Part shown: one piece after another, positions 39,853 through 50,029 of the stretch
Numbering within the stretch: position 1 is the first letter of the stretch
How the letters are laid out: each line of letters opens with the position of its first letter
Origin: Thermoprotei archaeon
Lineage (GTDB): Archaea; Thermoproteota; Thermoprotei; Thermoproteales; B15-G16
Reading direction: 5' to 3'
Assembly: GCA_003649205.1 (NCBI GenBank)
Contig: QMRC01000003.1
Location: 160,001-224,000, forward strand
DNA length: 64,000 nt
Made by a program: the position numbers and the translations under genes
Notes under the pieces: model-generated
Database searches by the model: none
What the model was told of the DNA's origin: nothing
Seen by the model: only the letters and a program-made list of their open reading frames with translations

Positions 39853-41400
39853 GTGATGAAGACGATTGAGTTTAAGGATGATCAGACTAGAGAACGTGTA
39901 CTACGAGCATTTAAGATAGCTCTTAGACTTGCTGAGTTGATTAGAGAATGTGGTGATAACGAGCTTAGAGGTATTGAGAAAGGTCTAAGTAGCTCCTATG
40001 TAGAGCCCGGTCCAGCTGGGTCGCTTACCCGTGGTAGAATAGATATCTTACCTACTGGAAGGAACTTCTACAGCATCGACCCGAGAAAGATACCGACACC
40101 TGCTGCTTGGAGAGTTGGCGTTGAATCAGCTAATAAACTTCTGCAGAAGTTTCTTGAGCTACATGGTAGATACCCTGAGAGCGTAGGTGAGGTGTTATGG
40201 AGTATCGATGCATATAAGGCTGATGGTGAGCAGATATCGAGGATACTCTATCTACTTGGAGTTAGACCGGTGTGGGGTTCTGATGGTGTTGTCAAGGGAA
40301 TTGAGGTTATCCCACTTGAAGAACTTGGTCGACCTAGAATTGATGTTGTTGTAAGAATTAGTGGTATTGTCCGTGATAATCTACCGAATTACATAAGTTT
40401 GATAGATGAAGCTATTGAGAAAGTTATTACTCTTGATGAACCTCTAGAGATGAACTACCCGAAGAAGCATTACCTAGAGTTCATTGAGAGGTTGAGAGAA
40501 CTCAATCTACCTAACATCGATGTTGAAGAACTAGCTAGAGCACGTATTTGGTGTGCACCACCAGGTGCCTATGGTGCTGGTGTGAATTATGCAGTCTTTG
40601 CATCCGCGTGGAAGAACGAAGACGACTTAGCTAAGGTATGGATTCACTGGGGTATGTATGCGTACACGAGGAAAAGATACGGCGTACCCATACCTCACTT
40701 ACTCACCCTTCAGCTATCGAGAGTAGAGGTCGTTGTACGCAACCATGTTAGCGATGAACATGACCCAACGAATTGCTGCGGCTACTTCGCTTACCAAGGT
40801 GGTTTCCACGTCACTACAAAGGTAGTTAGTGGTAAGGAACCGCTTAACTTGGTAGTGGATACCAGAGATAGCTCAAGACCTCAGATCCGTACCCTGAGCG
40901 AAGAGTTGGTAAGGATAGTGTATGCAAAGCTCCTTAATCCTAGGTGGATTGAGGAAATGAAGAAGCACGGGTATAGGGGTGCTGCTGAACTCATGAAGAA
41001 GATAGTTCATCTCTATGGGTGGCAAGCAACTACACGTGCTGTACCTGACGAAGTGTGGAATAGAATAGCTGAGAAGTACGTACTGGATGAAGGTATGAGG
41101 AAGTGGTTCATGGAGAACAATCCATATGCTTTCGAGGAACTCACTCGTAGACTTCTCGAAGCAGTTGAACGTGGTCTTTGGAAACCAGATCTCAACGTAC
41201 TCAAGGGGATTCAATTAGCTAGAATGGAGGTAGAGTCCCTGCTGGAAGGTGAGGTCGCTGGAGTGAGTGTACAGGGAGGTGAAGTCTCGATATACACAGC
41301 TGATGATGTTCAGCCCTGGAGAGAAAGAGCTAAACCAGCTATTGAAGCTCTTGAATGGATTAAGAAGCTGAGGGGTGATGTATCTGTCTCAGGGCAGTAG
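39853..41400 (+). CDS. cobN: CobN/ChlH-family chelatase, C-terminal part
   Basis: PGPAG; LPTGRNFY; LGRPRIDV; LNPRWI..M.KHGYRGA; own SD GGAGGTGA. Confidence 0.9.
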   Translation: MMKTIEFKDDQTRERVLRAFKIALRLAELIRECGDNELRGIEKGLSSSYVEPGPAGSLTRGRIDILPTGRNFYSIDPRKIPTPAAWRVGVESANKLLQKFLELHGRYPESVGEVLWSIDAYKADGEQISRILYLLGVRPVWGSDGVVKGIEVIPLEELGRPRIDVVVRISGIVRDNLPNYISLIDEAIEKVITLDEPLEMNYPKKHYLEFIERLRELNLPNIDVEELARARIWCAPPGAYGAGVNYAVFASAWKNEDDLAKVWIHWGMYAYTRKRYGVPIPHLLTLQLSRVEVVVRNHVSDEHDPTNCCGYFAYQGGFHVTTKVVSGKEPLNLVVDTRDSSRPQIRTLSEELVRIVYAKLLNPRWIEEMKKHGYRGAAELMKKIVHLYGWQATTRAVPDEVWNRIAEKYVLDEGMRKWFMENNPYAFEELTRRLLEAVERGLWKPDLNVLKGIQLARMEVESLLEGEVAGVSVQGGEVSIYTADDVQPWRERAKPAIEALEWIKKLRGDVSVSGQ

Positions 41401-43390
41401 AAGGATCTACTTCCCCTTCTCAGCTATTGTAGGTTTAGAGAAGGCAAAACTTGCACTCCTAGCAGTTGCTGTTGATCCAACAATTGGTGGTGTACTACTG
41501 TGTGGTGATAAAGGAACTGGAAAGACTACACTTGTGAGATCACTAGCACAGATACTACCTGAAGTACCTGTTGTGAAGGGTTGTCCATTTAACTGCAATC
41601 CCCTTAACCCTTATGAGATGTGTGAAGAGCATTACCAAGCATGGCTTCGTGGTGAGAAGCTCGAGATTGAGTACAAACCAATGAGGGTTATCGACTTACC
41701 ACTTAATGTAACTGTCGATCGATTAGTTGGCACCATAGATGTTGAGCGTGCACTGAGAGAAGGTAAAGTAGTGTTTAAACCAGGTATACTAGCAGAGGCT
41801 AATAGAAACATCCTATATATTGACGAAGTTAATCTACTCGATGACTACATAGCTGACCTCCTACTAGATGCAGCAGCTACGGGTTGGAACATAGTTGAAC
41901 GTGAAGGAATTTCGTTTAGACACCCAGCACGCTTCGTACTTGTTGGTAGTATGAATCCTGAAGAGGGTGAATTAAGGCCACAGATCCTGGATAGATTTGG
42001 ACTCTTTGTCGATGTTTCTGCATCAATGAATCCTGAGGAAAGAGCTGAGATCGTTAGGAGAGTTGAGGAATTTCATAGAGATCCCTTATCCTTTATTAAG
42101 AAGTTTGAGAGTGAGGAGAGGAAAATTCGTGAAACAGTTGCTAGAGCTAGGGAACTAATTAGGGAAGTTCATATAGACAATGACCTACTGAAGCTCGTTG
42201 CTGAGACCATGGTCAAGCTACGTGTAAGAACCCATAGAGCCGACATAGTTGTAGTTAAGACAGCTAAAGCTATTGCTACACTAGATGGTAGAACACGTGT
42301 CGAACTAGAGGATGTGAAGAAAGCTATGGAGCTAGCGTTACCACATAGAATCAAGACAACTGCACCTCAAAACCCTAGACAAGCAAGTGAGCTTCTAGAG
42401 AAAGTCCTCAATGAAGTACTCGGTACTAAACAGGAATTAAGTACTGAGCACTCTCATAAGCACGCAGCAGGAAGCAGTTCTAGGGTAAATATTAGCGATA
42501 CACATGTAGCTATTGGCTCTGGCATCAGCGGTAAAGATAGCATTATAGCTAAACTAGGAGACCTAACACCTACATCACAGGGACTAACCTCATTACCCAC
42601 AACAATAACTAAGTCATCAACTATCCGTGAATTACACTTAACACCAACAACACCAACGAAGGGACGTACATCAAGAGAATGTAGTGTAACTCTAGTAGCA
42701 GTCGGTAGAGGTCGTGTCATTTACCACACAGTACCCGTTCACGACAGTGAGTACAGGGATATAGACTTAGTTGCTACACTTAGAGCTACAGTTTCAAGAT
42801 GCCTCACAACTAAGTTACCGATCCCGAGTCAAGACATTAGGGTAAGAGTTAGGAGAGTTAAGGTACCTGTACTCAATATAGTGGTGCTGGATGCTAGTGG
42901 TAGCATGTTAGCACTAAACAGAATTCAACTAGCTAGGGAGCTAGTTGAGAAGCTAGCGACTAGGAGCTACGTTACAAGATCTAGCATAGCCATTGTAGTG
43001 TTCAGAGGAAGAAGTGCATCGTGTATTCTACCACCTACGAGATGCTATGCAAAGGCTCTCGAACTCCTCAGGGAAATTGAGGTAGGGGGATCAACTCCTC
43101 TCTTCCACGGATTACTGGAGGCTTACAACGTAGCTAAGCTCTATAGACTGAGGTATCCGCTCTCTCGAGTCCACATATACTTAGTAAGTGATGGTAAGGT
43201 AAATGTACTGCTGACCGGCGACTTAGATCAAGATATTCGCACTATAGCCACATTACTTGAGAAACTCCAGTGTAAGCTCACTATATTCGAAGTTCGAGGA
43301 GAGTACTCACTCAATATTGGAATGAGTGTTATTGAGAAGTTAGCTGAGATGACTAATGGAGAGTACAGAGTAATCTACGTCAGCAAGTAA
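41375..43390 (+). CDS. ChlI/ChlD-type AAA+ ATPase with C-terminal vWA domain
   Basis: FPFSAIVG; GDKGTGKT; YIDEVNLL; MNPEEG; DASGSM; SDG. Confidence 0.92.
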   Translation: MMYLSQGSRRIYFPFSAIVGLEKAKLALLAVAVDPTIGGVLLCGDKGTGKTTLVRSLAQILPEVPVVKGCPFNCNPLNPYEMCEEHYQAWLRGEKLEIEYKPMRVIDLPLNVTVDRLVGTIDVERALREGKVVFKPGILAEANRNILYIDEVNLLDDYIADLLLDAAATGWNIVEREGISFRHPARFVLVGSMNPEEGELRPQILDRFGLFVDVSASMNPEERAEIVRRVEEFHRDPLSFIKKFESEERKIRETVARARELIREVHIDNDLLKLVAETMVKLRVRTHRADIVVVKTAKAIATLDGRTRVELEDVKKAMELALPHRIKTTAPQNPRQASELLEKVLNEVLGTKQELSTEHSHKHAAGSSSRVNISDTHVAIGSGISGKDSIIAKLGDLTPTSQGLTSLPTTITKSSTIRELHLTPTTPTKGRTSRECSVTLVAVGRGRVIYHTVPVHDSEYRDIDLVATLRATVSRCLTTKLPIPSQDIRVRVRRVKVPVLNIVVLDASGSMLALNRIQLARELVEKLATRSYVTRSSIAIVVFRGRSASCILPPTRCYAKALELLREIEVGGSTPLFHGLLEAYNVAKLYRLRYPLSRVHIYLVSDGKVNVLLTGDLDQDIRTIATLLEKLQCKLTIFEVRGEYSLNIGMSVIEKLAEMTNGEYRVIYVSK

Positions 43391-44360
43391 ACGAGGAATA
43401 GCTGCAGAGGCAACGAGGTGATTGATATCGAGAGCGAAATAGCGACCAATTTCACAACTAGCTTAGGAGGATAGAGTGAGAGATATAGTGGAACTACGTG
43501 TCGAGGATAATCAGATAACACAATGAAGAGAAACCTAGTCAGCACCAGTACGAGAAGCGCTTCTCTACAACTGAGGAAACTAGATCTAACAAATTCACCT
43601 ACTAGGAATACAGCAGTAACCGGACTAATAATACCTGTACACACAACAATAACGAAATGGTACGAAAAACCTAATGTGTGAGGCAATGGAGTTACTACAT
43701 TACTGAGGTAAGTAGTTACATTCAGTACCGTGAAGATTACTACTAACGCAGTAGCAACTATGTAACGAGGAACAATTCTCGAGAGAGCATGAATTGCTAA
43801 GTGCAGAGACCTACGAAGTACCTCGCGTAAACTATAGGAAGCACTAACCTCAATAGTACGACTAGGCTCCGTGTAAATTCCATGTACTTTAGATCTACCG
43901 TACACAATAGCGACTAGCAAACTTATGATCTGCGGAACAAGTGCTAGCAATAGGTACCTCAGTCCCAGAGAAACTCCGAGAGCAACCAACACAACAGGTA
44001 TGTAGTACCTATGAGGTGGGTGATCAGCGTAAAGGGTCTCCTAGGCAGTACATACGCAATCACAACATCATCCCCTACGACGCCTCCAGTCCTTAACTCA
44101 GAGAGGTATGCTTGCTCAACCTTAACATCCACTACGGCGGCAGGTATGAGAACTGCTAAGTCTGGTGGTAACCTCGCTAGTAACATAAGCGACCTGAAGG
44201 GTTTACACAGAATTCTCGAAATACCTAGCTCGTAGACCATACCCAGAACGAGAACGCCAAGGAACATCAGTGTGATGGAGATGGCTACATACCTGAGGTA
44301 AGACAGGACTAGTGATGCTAAGTCCAAGTCACTAAACCTCAGTACTAGCTCTTGGAACAA
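43375..44360 (-). pseudogene. Gate/nucleoside-recognition-like membrane protein split by a frameshift near 44010
   Basis: Overlapping ORFs 43959-44360 and 43375-43992 join as HLI-RYYIPVVLVALG if one base is added. Confidence 0.6.
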
Positions 44361-45129
44361 CTACCACAAAACCACAGTGCTCAAACCTAACGAAGTCAAC
44401 ACCATAGACCTCCCTAAGTACCTCAGGTCTCAATACATCACGTGGACTACCGCAAGCCACAACACGCCCCCTACTCATTAGCAGCACCTTATCACTGAAA
44501 CTAGCTGCTAAAACAGGATCGTGCATTGCCATGATAGCTGCATCTACTCTACCCGACTTCACCAACTTCCTAACAACTGAAAGCACACGTACACTATTGA
44601 CAATATCTAGGTGTGCCGTTGGTTCATCGAGGAGTAATACCTTTGCTTCCTGTACAAGCGCTCTTGCAATCAGTACCAACTGCATCTGACCACCGCTCAA
44701 CTCAGTAATAGACCTCTCGAGAAGATCCTCGATACCAAGTAACTTAGCTACCTCGTGAACTTTCTCGTAATCCCTTCGAGAAGGTAGTGAGAACATCGTG
44801 TGGTGAGGTGCTCTACCCATTAATATAAAGTCAAGTACCCTGTACGCAAATATGCTGTGATGTGTCTGAGGTACATAGCCGAAATACTTAGCGAGCTCTC
44901 TAGAACTAAGTTCATCCCATCTACGCTTACCATTAATGTACACTACACCTCTCGGTTCGAGAAGTCTAAGTATGCACTTGAGAAGCGTAGTCTTCCCAGC
45001 ACCATTTGGGCCCAGTACTGTCACTACCTCTCCACTATACACCTCAAACTCCACATCACGTAGAGCAACTAGATCACGAGAGTACGTGTAGCTAAGTCCC
45101 TCTACCCGAAGTACACACCTCATCTCCAC
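44332..45129 (-). CDS. BtuD/FecE-type ABC ATPase
   Basis: GPNGAGKT; YVPQ; LSGGQ; LDEPTAHLD. Confidence 0.92.
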   Translation of the reverse strand: MEMRCVLRVEGLSYTYSRDLVALRDVEFEVYSGEVVTVLGPNGAGKTTLLKCILRLLEPRGVVYINGKRRWDELSSRELAKYFGYVPQTHHSIFAYRVLDFILMGRAPHHTMFSLPSRRDYEKVHEVAKLLGIEDLLERSITELSGGQMQLVLIARALVQEAKVLLLDEPTAHLDIVNSVRVLSVVRKLVKSGRVDAAIMAMHDPVLAASFSDKVLLMSRGRVVACGSPRDVLRPEVLREVYGVDFVRFEHCGFVVVVPRASTEV

Positions 45130-46136
45130 ACACCACTTGCTCTCCTAAGTAAGTATATGTAGAGTGGTGCACCCATGATCGTCGTGAGAACACCAATCGG
45201 TAGCTCCTCACTCGTGAGACACCTAGCTAAGTCATCAGCTAGTACCATGTACGTAGCACCAAACACAATACTGTATGTCACCACCACCCTATTGTCCGTA
45301 CCCAACATGAGCCTAACTATGTGGGGCACTAGTAGCCCAACCCACCCGATGATTCCGGTGTAGGCTACAGTAGCTGAAGTCATGAGAGCACAGATAGCAG
45401 TCAACAAACCTCGTTCCACAGTTGGATTCACACCAAGTGCTCTAGCCTCTTCATCTCCAAGAGATAGTACATTAAGTCTCCACCTCATAAACCAGATAAC
45501 GAGTATACAGGGTAGTGATATAGCTAACATACGCATAATCTTGTACCAAAACGCTGCTTGACCAATATCACCCATCAACCAGAAGACTATTGAGGCCAAT
45601 CTATGAGGATCTGGAGCTAAGTACTTAACAAGTGCTAGAGCTGCTGAGAAAAATGCATTAACTATGACACCAGAGAGGACAAGAGCTATTACCCCACCTC
45701 TCCCCCAACTCCAAGCTAGGACAAATGCCAGCATGAATGCGATGAGTGAGAAACAAAAAGCAACCAACTCTACCGGTACTGTTGGCGGTAAGAACGCTAT
45801 AGCTAATGCAGCACCGAACCCAGCACCTGAAGCTATGCCCAGAATGTAGGTATCAACTAAGGGGTTACGAAGCATTGATTGCAGAGCGGCACCAGAAACA
45901 GCTAGGACAGCTCCTGTAATAGCTGCTGCAATAGCTCTAGGTGCTCTATAGAGCAGTACAATCACTCGAACTGTCTCAGGTGGACTATGAATAAGGTGAG
46001 GGAATACAGCTGACAACACCACCTCAAGTACGGTCTTAGGGTCGGTCCTATAGTGACCCAGTAGGAGAGAGATCAAGATTGCTAGCGGTAGAGAAAAAGA
46101 AACAAATAGCTTTGGTACTAGCTTCCTCAAGGACAC
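45120..46136 (-). CDS. BtuC/FecCD permease
   Basis: RAPR; RNPL..LGIASGA; GWVGLLVPH; GAP. Confidence 0.93.
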   Translation of the reverse strand: MSLRKLVPKLFVSFSLPLAILISLLLGHYRTDPKTVLEVVLSAVFPHLIHSPPETVRVIVLLYRAPRAIAAAITGAVLAVSGAALQSMLRNPLVDTYILGIASGAGFGAALAIAFLPPTVPVELVAFCFSLIAFMLAFVLAWSWGRGGVIALVLSGVIVNAFFSAALALVKYLAPDPHRLASIVFWLMGDIGQAAFWYKIMRMLAISLPCILVIWFMRWRLNVLSLGDEEARALGVNPTVERGLLTAICALMTSATVAYTGIIGWVGLLVPHIVRLMLGTDNRVVVTYSIVFGATYMVLADDLARCLTSEELPIGVLTTIMGAPLYIYLLRRASGVWR

Positions 46137-46143
46137 TCACCCA

Positions 46144-48204
46144 CTAACCAGCGCTAGCAACCTCAGAATACAGTATACCATACCACTCCATGTAGTATTT
46201 ATTAGCTATCTCCATGAAGTTTATGTCACTAAACCTATCTGGGTACATCTTACACGCTAACCACAGCACGAATAAGGTTAAATCTGGGCCCCAATGCTCG
46301 TAGTAAGGCTCCTTGTACACTCTACCCTCTTTAACCGCCTTAACGACACTCCACTTAGGATCCTTGAGGAGATCCTCAGGACCGTACTTAGCCCACCACC
46401 AAATCACTATCATATCTGGATTCCACTTAACAATACGCTCAAAGTCAACAGTTACATAGCTCTTGTCTGGAAACTCCTTTGCTGCAACATTTACACCACC
46501 AGCGAGAACAATAGCATCATTCATGGTACCTCTACCACCTTGAACTCTAGTAGGCTTACTCCATAGATACAGCACACGTACTCTCTTCTCAGATGGTATG
46601 TCCTTTATCCTCTCTCGAACTAACATCAGTAGGTTATCCATATCGTTAATGATCTTCTTGACCCTATCGACCACACCATACAGCACACCTAAACACCATA
46701 GCAACCTCCTGACATCATCGTAACTATAGAGATGAACTTTCACAACTGGAATACCGAGCTTCTCAATCTGCTCAACAACACTTGGCTTATATGGCCAAAT
46801 TATGACGACGTCAGGTCTCAACATCTCAAGCACCTCTATGTTCACCTTAAACGAGGAGCCTGGACTAGGTATGTCCTTGATCTTGGGATACACCTTCAGC
46901 AGTACAGGATTCTTCTTAGCATACTTCGACACACCAACGAGTCTATCCATAACACCTAGAGCTAGGTCAGAGAGGTACGATATCAAGTCAACTACTTTCT
47001 TCACCTTTCTCGGTACCTTAACCACATTACCCAATGGATCGACAATTTCCTTCCACTCAATACTGTACGCAGCAAATGCCTGCTTAGGTATATCAATACC
47101 GTAGAAGTGCTCGAGCAGATACTCCATATCACCCCTCCAGTCGACTTCCCTATACACGTCCGGGTACAGGAGCTTCGCAATGTACTCTCTACCAATGATG
47201 TCTCTCGGACCCCAATCAAGAACTCCACCAATGCTACCCCAGCAAGGAACTACGTAGATTCTACCACTCTTGTAAGCCTTGAGAACATGCCACCTAGTAT
47301 CACTAGCAACCTTATCCAGTACCTTCTGTACGTACTTCACAGATGAGGTAATGAATACTACATCTGGATCCCACTTCACTAAAGTCTCGAAATCAACCTT
47401 AGGCCACTTCTTATTTGGGAACTCATGTAATGCCACATTGACAGCACCTATATCCTCTACAGCTCTACCCCACGAAGCATTTGCATAGAGCGAAAGAGCA
47501 CCACCCTTGAGAACACTCGAACCACTGATGAAAACAACTTTAAGTCTCTTACTCTCAGGTACCTTTGCACCAAGCTCCTTCAACTTACCGTACCTAGTCT
47601 TGATGAACTCAATAAGCTTCTTAGCCTTCTCCTCAGCACCAAGTACCTTACCCAAGATCTCAATTGCCTTTATCTCATCTTCGATACCTCTAATGAAGAG
47701 ACCAATGACAGGTATCCCCATTTGCTCAAGTTTCTTAATAATCTCATCAGCCTTACCATAGCCGAAGTCCATAATTACGACATCTGGCTTCAGAGAAGCT
47801 ATAGCCTCAACATTGACACCTCTAAATATGCTTCCAACCTTAGGTAGGTCCCTGACTTCAGGGGGTAGGTACTCATCGTAAGGTACGTAGCTACCAACAC
47901 CAACAATAGTATTAGCCTTACCGAGAGCTACAATTACCTCAGCCCAGTATGACTGAAGAACTACAACCCTCTCAGCAGGTTTAGCTAACTCAATAGTCTT
48001 CCCTCTAAAGTCCTTAATCACAATAGCTGGTTTAGTAGGTTTGGTAGGTTTAGTGGGTGGTGGAGGTGCTGTAGGTTTAGATGGTCTAGCGCTATAGTAG
48101 AGATATGTAGTGATTACAGCTGCTACAATTGCTACAATTACTACCACTAGGATTGTAACCAGAACCCACTTACTGATACCTACTTGCGACCTCATTAGAC
48201 TCAC
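46144..48204 (-). CDS. Tandem BtuF/FepB-like substrate-binding protein
   Basis: Two repeats (KDFRG..RVV..KPDV..WDPD; VDPLG..RPDV..WNPD); TM anchor plus Pro-rich linker. Confidence 0.9.
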   Translation of the reverse strand: MSLMRSQVGISKWVLVTILVVVIVAIVAAVITTYLYYSARPSKPTAPPPPTKPTKPTKPAIVIKDFRGKTIELAKPAERVVVLQSYWAEVIVALGKANTIVGVGSYVPYDEYLPPEVRDLPKVGSIFRGVNVEAIASLKPDVVIMDFGYGKADEIIKKLEQMGIPVIGLFIRGIEDEIKAIEILGKVLGAEEKAKKLIEFIKTRYGKLKELGAKVPESKRLKVVFISGSSVLKGGALSLYANASWGRAVEDIGAVNVALHEFPNKKWPKVDFETLVKWDPDVVFITSSVKYVQKVLDKVASDTRWHVLKAYKSGRIYVVPCWGSIGGVLDWGPRDIIGREYIAKLLYPDVYREVDWRGDMEYLLEHFYGIDIPKQAFAAYSIEWKEIVDPLGNVVKVPRKVKKVVDLISYLSDLALGVMDRLVGVSKYAKKNPVLLKVYPKIKDIPSPGSSFKVNIEVLEMLRPDVVIIWPYKPSVVEQIEKLGIPVVKVHLYSYDDVRRLLWCLGVLYGVVDRVKKIINDMDNLLMLVRERIKDIPSEKRVRVLYLWSKPTRVQGGRGTMNDAIVLAGGVNVAAKEFPDKSYVTVDFERIVKWNPDMIVIWWWAKYGPEDLLKDPKWSVVKAVKEGRVYKEPYYEHWGPDLTLFVLWLACKMYPDRFSDINFMEIANKYYMEWYGILYSEVASAG

Positions 48205-48426
48205 CCAAATTCAAGCTGTGTTAATACTAACTTCAATATTTTTTAATACTTTCAGTATGAGTGCACTACGGTAATGGTAGTACCATAGCTGGGGACATGG
48301 TTCCAGAGGCACTATTAAGTACCTTACTTGAGCTTGGTACTGTGCGTCCTTGCTTAAGTCACATATAGTGAATGAGTTACTTCTTCATCTGAGAAAGACA
48401 CTAAATCACTACTGAGTACTCATGTG

Positions 48427-48861
48427 TCATGGCTTGACCTGCGGGTATAGGTCCACTAGCTTCTTAACCCTCTCATAGACGTAGTGAGCCATGTACAATG
48501 CCTCTTCTGCGTCCTCACGATCATACAGAGCTTCTGGTGGAAGTCCGGACTCTTCATCACCGTACATACTTGGTTCCTTCTCTCTACGTAATCTCCTTGA
48601 GTATCTGGCCATAGTTGGTATATCACGACGAAACCATTCAGGGAATCTATCGGCTTCTCTCCTCAGTATTGGTCCAACATCGTGCCAACGAGGAGGCTCT
48701 ACACCAACTAATCTTAGTGCTGCTTTGAGCAACAGCTCGACAGCCTCTTGACATTGCCTCACTACATAGGGGTAGTTCCCTCTTTCAAGAGCTTCTCTAG
48801 CATGGTGAATCCTCTCCTCAGCTTGTCTCACGTAGGATAGTGCCATCTCTGTATTCCTCAG
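48427..48861 (-). CDS. HEPN domain protein (ATG 48846 or CTG 48861)
   Basis: QEAVELLLKA; PRWHDV; SMYGD. Confidence 0.9.
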   Translation of the reverse strand: MRNTEMALSYVRQAEERIHHAREALERGNYPYVVRQCQEAVELLLKAALRLVGVEPPRWHDVGPILRREADRFPEWFRRDIPTMARYSRRLRREKEPSMYGDEESGLPPEALYDREDAEEALYMAHYVYERVKKLVDLYPQVKP

Positions 48862-49364
48862 ATCTCAATCACCTCACCAAACCTATAATCACGCTTCAAC
48901 CTCCAGTACCATAACTTACCAAATCTCACTCTCTCAGCACCGAGCTCCTCCAATCTCCTCCTCAAATTCTCGAGGATATTCCTGAAGAAGTCATCCCTAT
49001 CATACAGCAACACAGCATCCTCAACAAGATCTAGGTACAGAGGTACAACCCTACTCGCTTCCTCCGGTGTCTTCAGTATTGGAGAGAACTCAATGTAGTA
49101 ACCTCGCCTCTCCAACTCCTCAAGCAAAGGCTCTAACTCCTTCTCAACTTCCATGAACAAGTCCTGTCTCCTAAACCTACCCCTAGGGAGATTCCTAACC
49201 ACAATAATCAAATCTACATCACTATCAGGTCTTGCCTCACCCCTAGCTACAGAACCAAAAAGCACAACAGATACCAAGTCATCACCAAACCTCCTCTCAA
49301 GAACCTCAACCAACTTCAAGAGTATACTCCGATACGGCTCAGGTACCTGCGCCAAATTCCTCAA
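48858..49364 (-). CDS. Minimal nucleotidyltransferase (MNT); MNT-HEPN pair
   Basis: LFGSVARG...SDVDL. Confidence 0.92.
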   Translation of the reverse strand: MRNLAQVPEPYRSILLKLVEVLERRFGDDLVSVVLFGSVARGEARPDSDVDLIIVVRNLPRGRFRRQDLFMEVEKELEPLLEELERRGYYIEFSPILKTPEEASRVVPLYLDLVEDAVLLYDRDDFFRNILENLRRRLEELGAERVRFGKLWYWRLKRDYRFGEVIEI

Positions 49365-49486
49365 AACACATCTACCCCCATTATTGGGAGTAAATCACCC
49401 AATCAACTCATAACAGATGAATTACCACATAACGTAGTACACAAAGCTTTATCTAAATCTGACTACTTTCCTACTAGGGAATCACC

Positions 49487-49981
49487 ATGAAGCCCCCTCA
49501 AGCACTGAAGTACATCTGCGTGTGGCTTGCACTAATCCTAGGCATTGCTACTGGATACGTACTAGATCTCAACTACAGCAGTTACGTACTACTACTCGTA
49601 GGTTATATCATCTTTGGATTAGGTATGTACATCCACTACCTAAGTCATAGAGCACACCCAAGAGCACATAGAGGTATTGAGGAAATAGACTACGTAGCTA
49701 CACATGGAATCTACTCCTGGATTCGACATCCAGGATACCTAGGTCTATCGTTAGCATTCTACGGACTAGCCATAGCATTTGGTAGTGTACCCGGATTAGC
49801 AATAGCTACCGTACTTACACTACATCACTACTACCTCGCAGTTAGAGAAGAGAGATTAATGATCGAGAAGTTCGGTACTGTGTACATTAAGTACATGGAG
49901 GAGGTGCCAGATAGGTTCATACCAGTGAGGAAGATCGCTAAGCACCTTAAGAAGAGGCTATCACCTAAGCAAGCTCTCTAA
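49487..49981 (+). CDS. ICMT/PEMT-family membrane methyltransferase
   Basis: GIYSWIRHPGY; EE..M..KFG..Y..Y. Confidence 0.88.
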   Translation: MKPPQALKYICVWLALILGIATGYVLDLNYSSYVLLLVGYIIFGLGMYIHYLSHRAHPRAHRGIEEIDYVATHGIYSWIRHPGYLGLSLAFYGLAIAFGSVPGLAIATVLTLHHYYLAVREERLMIEKFGTVYIKYMEEVPDRFIPVRKIAKHLKKRLSPKQAL

Positions 49982-50029
49982 GACAAAGCTTTTACCTGCT
50001 AACCTCCTCGTTCTCTCTAGGCGATACTC

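Noticed and set aside
48300-48312. ORB-like GTTCCAGAGGCAC
   Set aside because: Single imperfect copy with no cdc6/orc1 nearby.
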